Shown one piece after another: positions 34,671 through 38,088 of a stretch of DNA of 38,088 nucleotides (the first letter of the stretch is position 1; the number at the start of each line of letters is the position of its first letter). Source of the stretch: Candidatus Krumholzibacteriia bacterium. GTDB lineage: Bacteria; Krumholzibacteriota; Krumholzibacteriia; WVZY01; JAKEHA01. The notes under the pieces were generated by a model. That model did not search any database and was not told the origin of the DNA. It saw nothing but the letters and a program-made list of their open reading frames with translations. The stretch is from NCBI GenBank assembly GCA_035279765.1, contig DATEHD010000123.1, positions 1 to 38,088 of the forward strand, read 5' to 3'. A program made the translations under genes and the position numbers.

Positions 34671-37121
34671 ATGCCCGGACTTCACTTGCACCCCGGTTCC
34701 CTGGGTGGCGGAAATACTCCGCCCGATCCGCGTAAATCACCCGAAAACGACGAGACCGTCGCCGGCCAGGCCTTCGTGCGCGGCGGCGCGCCCATGCCGT
34801 CGACAATCGGCCCCTACACCATTGTTGGCAAGCTCGGCGAAGGCGGGATGGGCGCCGTGTTCGAGGCCGAACAGCAAAACCCGCGACGGCGCGTGGCGCT
34901 CAAGGTGATGCGCGGCGGTCCCTTCGTGACCGAAGAGGCCGTGCGCATGTTCCAGCGCGAAGTGGAATCCCTCGCGCGCCTGAAGCACCCCAACATCGGC
35001 GCCATCTACGACGCCGGCCGCACGGAGACGGGCGAGCATTTCTTCGCCATGGAGCTCGTGCGCGGCCGCGACCTGGGCGACTACCTGCGCGCGCGCGGCG
35101 TGCCCAAAAGCCGCGACGAGATTCGATTCCGGTTGCGCCTGTTCCAGTCCATCTGCGACGCGGTGCACTACGCACACCAGCGCGGTGTCATCCACCGCGA
35201 TCTGAAGCCCTCCAATATCGTGATCGCCGAGGACGAGAACGTGGCACCCGACGCGATGCCGGCGGTCAAGATCCTCGACTTCGGTCTGGCGCGCATCACC
35301 GAAATAGATGTGAACGCCACTGCTATAACGGAGATCGGCGTCATCAAGGGCACCCTCGCTTACATGAGCCCGGAGCAGACACGCGGCGATTCGGCCGAGA
35401 TCGACGTGCGCAGCGACGTGTACTCGCTCGGCGTCATCCTCTACGAGATGCTGACAGGTCTGCTTCCCTACGACACCAAGACCGGCACACTGATCGACAT
35501 CGTCCGCCACATCTGCGAAAGCCCTCCGATTCCGCTGCGTCGCGTGTGGCCTGCCGACTGGCGACCCGATTCAGACCTGGAAACCATCGCGGCGAAGGCG
35601 CTGGAGAAGGATGCGGCGCAGCGCTACAACAGCGCCGCCGCGCTCTCCGAGGATGTCGGACGCTATCTCGATTCGCGGCCCATTCTCGCGCGCGCCCCCA
35701 GCTCCATCTATCAATTGAAGAAGTTCGCGCGCCGCAATCGCGCGCTGATGGGCGGCATCGTCGCCACGGTGCTGGCATTGGTGGCGGGCGTCATCGTGTC
35801 GACAACCTTCGGGTTGCGCGCGCAGGCGCAGCGGCGCGCCGCGGAAGAAGCACGTCGCAACACGGAAGCCGTGGTCGATTTTCAGCGCCGGATGCTGAGC
35901 GAAGTCGACGCCACCAAAATGGGAAGCGACCTCGCTCAAAACCTGGACGAGCGCCTGCGCAGCGGCCTCCATGACCAGGGAGTCCCGGAAGCGGAGATCG
36001 AGCGGACGCTCGCCACCTTTGACGCGAGCCTCAAAGACATCAGCACCACCGACGTGGCCCTCGGTCTGATCGACAAGAATGTGCTTTCGCGCGCCCTCGC
36101 CGCATCGGAGACACGCTTCCCCAAGCAACCCGCGATTCGCGCGCAGCTGCGCAAGTCGATCGGCGAAACCTATCTCGGGCTCGGCATGTACGATCGCGCG
36201 GAGTCGACGCTGATTTCAACAGTCGCACTGTGCGACAGCACGTACGGGAAGGATTCGAAGCCGGCGGTTGACGCCCGGGCATCCCTGGGGCTTCTCTACG
36301 CGATATCGTCCGACGCGGAGAAGGCGGTGCCGCTTCTCCGCGACGTGAACGCCTATCGCGCGCGCACGTTCGGCGCCACGGACTCGCTCACCATGGCCGG
36401 CATGAACGATCTCGGCGTCGTGTATACGGACATCGGCAAGTACAAGGAAGCCGACAGCATCTACGCCACGATTTTCCCTATCGTGAAACGCAAGTTCGGA
36501 CCCGACGATCGCGTGACACTCACGGTGATGGCGAACTACGCGTGGCTCCTGACCCAGCAGGGCCCCGACGCCAAGGCGGAATCGCTGGCGGTTGCGGTGC
36601 TGGCCGGCCGGCGCAAGGCACTCGGTGTCCACGACGCGCAGACCATGCAATCGGTCAACAATCTCGCCGTACTTTACAACCGCACGGGACGCCCGGCCCT
36701 CGCCGAGCCGCTCATGGAAGAAGACTACGAAGTGAGCCGCAAAAACCTCGGCGAAGATCACCCGGACATCCTTCCCACCATGACCAACCTGGGAAAAGCG
36801 AAGCTCGCGCTGGGAAAGAACGACGAAGCCGTGCGCATGCTCGAGAAAGCGGCCAACACCAGCCGCAAGGTCATGCCGAAAGGATTCTACGGAACGGGGA
36901 TCACGCTGGAAGCCTACGGGGAAGCGCTGGTGGCCGTCGGCCGCACCACGGAAGCGGAGAACACATTCAAGGAAGCGTATGACATCCTGCTTCCCGCGTT
37001 TGGACCTGACGACAACGCAGTCCGCAAGTGCGCGAACGGGCTCGTCAGTCTCTACGAAAAAGAAGGCCGCACCAAAGACGCCGCGCTCTGGAAGAGCCGC
37101 AGCGCACCCGCGAAGAGTTAG
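34671..37121 (+). CDS. Ser/Thr protein kinase (Hanks type) with TM helix and extracytoplasmic TPR-repeat region
   Basis: G-loop GEGGMGAVFEA, VALKVM lysine, catalytic loop HRDLKPSNIV, DFGLAR, YMSPEQ. TM ALMGGIVATVLALVAGVIVSTTF. Then TPR-like repeats (...GLGMYDRAESTL..., ...DIGKYKEADSIY..., ...RTGRPALAEPLM...). The start is either 34671 or 34794 (MPSTIGPY). Confidence 0.85.
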   Translation: MPGLHLHPGSLGGGNTPPDPRKSPENDETVAGQAFVRGGAPMPSTIGPYTIVGKLGEGGMGAVFEAEQQNPRRRVALKVMRGGPFVTEEAVRMFQREVESLARLKHPNIGAIYDAGRTETGEHFFAMELVRGRDLGDYLRARGVPKSRDEIRFRLRLFQSICDAVHYAHQRGVIHRDLKPSNIVIAEDENVAPDAMPAVKILDFGLARITEIDVNATAITEIGVIKGTLAYMSPEQTRGDSAEIDVRSDVYSLGVILYEMLTGLLPYDTKTGTLIDIVRHICESPPIPLRRVWPADWRPDSDLETIAAKALEKDAAQRYNSAAALSEDVGRYLDSRPILARAPSSIYQLKKFARRNRALMGGIVATVLALVAGVIVSTTFGLRAQAQRRAAEEARRNTEAVVDFQRRMLSEVDATKMGSDLAQNLDERLRSGLHDQGVPEAEIERTLATFDASLKDISTTDVALGLIDKNVLSRALAASETRFPKQPAIRAQLRKSIGETYLGLGMYDRAESTLISTVALCDSTYGKDSKPAVDARASLGLLYAISSDAEKAVPLLRDVNAYRARTFGATDSLTMAGMNDLGVVYTDIGKYKEADSIYATIFPIVKRKFGPDDRVTLTVMANYAWLLTQQGPDAKAESLAVAVLAGRRKALGVHDAQTMQSVNNLAVLYNRTGRPALAEPLMEEDYEVSRKNLGEDHPDILPTMTNLGKAKLALGKNDEAVRMLEKAANTSRKVMPKGFYGTGITLEAYGEALVAVGRTTEAENTFKEAYDILLPAFGPDDNAVRKCANGLVSLYEKEGRTKDAALWKSRSAPAKS

Positions 37122-37145
37122 CTGTCCGGGCAGAATCAGCGCGGT

Positions 37146-38088
37146 CTAGCGACGGGGCAGCGCCTCGAGATATGGCAGGATGTCGCGCGAGTAGTACGGC
37201 TCCTGCGTTCCCCAGAAGATATAGTCGACGTGCAGCTGGTCGCGCGCGAAGCGGTACAGCTCGTCGACGGTGACGACCCGTCCGCTACCGGGGTCCTTGT
37301 CCTCCAGGTTGCCATCCTGCACGGCGATTCCCGCGATGACCGACGGCGCACGAGCGGCAATCAGCGGATAGCTGTGGTTCTGCTGCCCTTTTCGGTGCGG
37401 AAGCAGGTCGGGTCCGCCGACACCCACCCCGATTGCATTCGCGTGCGCGTAGACTGCCTTCAGATAGCCATGGTCGCTCCACGGCAGCCATTCGCCCGGC
37501 ATGAAATTCGCGTACTGAATGACGGCCGAGTGCGGGAACGCGGCTTTCGCCGCCGACATGATTTCTTTCACACCATCGACGTAACTCGCGTATGTAAACC
37601 CGTCGGGATGCAGCTTCCCACTCTCTCCGAAGTCGATGGACGTCTCCGGCACGTTGATTCCTTCGACGCGGCCGTCGAATTCCTTCCCGAGCGCAGCGAG
37701 AAGCCTGCCAAAGCGCGCGCGCACCGCGGGGTCCCATCGCCGGGCCACCCAGCCGGCCGGCGCCGCAGTCGATTCATCGTCTCTCGTGATGCTGTACTTG
37801 CGCGCCACACCACCGTGAAACGCCGGGTCGTGTCGCAGATAGTCGGGCACGCTGACATGATTGTCGTCAAAGGTTGCGTCCTGAACCTGGACGAACAGTT
37901 TCTTCCCGTGCGCATCGAGGAACTCGAGGTCTGCTTTCAGAGCGGCGAAATCGTAGTGATCCTGCGCGGGCTCTAGCTCTTTCCAGGAATACTTGAGCTG
38001 TGCGCCGGGCACGGCCGAGTTGTGGAGAAAGGCCGGCTCGTGGATGCGCGCCCGATCCAGGCCGAAGAAGATGAAATTATGCGGTGTG
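37146..38088 (-). CDS. TIM-barrel glycoside-hydrolase-like protein, N-terminus off the right edge (partial)
   Basis: The listed start at 38012 is a GTG, but the frame stays open to the window end (...TPHNFIFFGLDRARIHEPAFLHNSA-VPGAQLKYSWKELEPAQDHYDF...). The SWKELEP..G.YDF pattern is typical of GH42/GH35-like barrels. The family call is tentative. Confidence 0.65.
   Translation of the reverse strand, partial: TPHNFIFFGLDRARIHEPAFLHNSAVPGAQLKYSWKELEPAQDHYDFAALKADLEFLDAHGKKLFVQVQDATFDDNHVSVPDYLRHDPAFHGGVARKYSITRDDESTAAPAGWVARRWDPAVRARFGRLLAALGKEFDGRVEGINVPETSIDFGESGKLHPDGFTYASYVDGVKEIMSAAKAAFPHSAVIQYANFMPGEWLPWSDHGYLKAVYAHANAIGVGVGGPDLLPHRKGQQNHSYPLIAARAPSVIAGIAVQDGNLEDKDPGSGRVVTVDELYRFARDQLHVDYIFWGTQEPYYSRDILPYLEALPRR

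Overview
High-GC (about 65% by eye, not computed), densely coding bacterial chromosomal window. I saw no rRNA, tRNA, CRISPR array, transposase or integrase. The clearest system is a compact Tad/Flp type IVb pilus locus (about 4.59-12.73 kb). It runs: sigma54-type promoter, flp1, prepilin peptidase, cpaB, secretin cpaC, cpaE/tadZ, ATPase cpaF/tadA, tadB, tadC, a small TM ORF, flp2, then a strong terminator. The two 55-aa Flp pilins and two other small ORFs are too short for the supplied ORF track and were found by reading the DNA. The rest is housekeeping or stress genes plus many exported proteins. Housekeeping/stress genes include a BBE-like FAD oxidase, SAM methyltransferase, AraC regulator, mhqED-like dioxygenase/carboxylesterase pair, PPK2, an ArsR-SRPBCC-DUF899 operon, UPF0182, an RNB exoribonuclease and a Ser/Thr kinase with TPR repeats. 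Exported proteins include a PA-domain zinc metalloprotease with a FlgD-Ig/T9SS-like C-terminal domain, a proline iminopeptidase lipoprotein, an M61-PDZ peptidase and a cupredoxin lipoprotein. Best candidates for undescribed biology: (1) two unrelated exported proteins share a terminal W-G-x-V-K-A-L-(Y/F)-R tail that may be a sorting tag; (2) a tightly coupled three-gene cassette of small secreted protein, single-pass membrane protein of unknown fold and ATP-grasp ligase; (3) a cupredoxin whose sequence halves appear circularly permuted; (4) a small secreted protein translationally coupled to the metalloprotease; (5) a 54-aa double-CxxC membrane ORF inside the ArsR-SRPBCC-DUF899 operon. The FlgD-Ig-type tail and overall content suggest an uncultured FCB-group/Gemmatimonadota-like organism, but that is weak inference. 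All family calls rest on motif recognition in the translations; no database search was possible. The many long ORFs antisense to recognisable genes are treated as high-GC artefacts.
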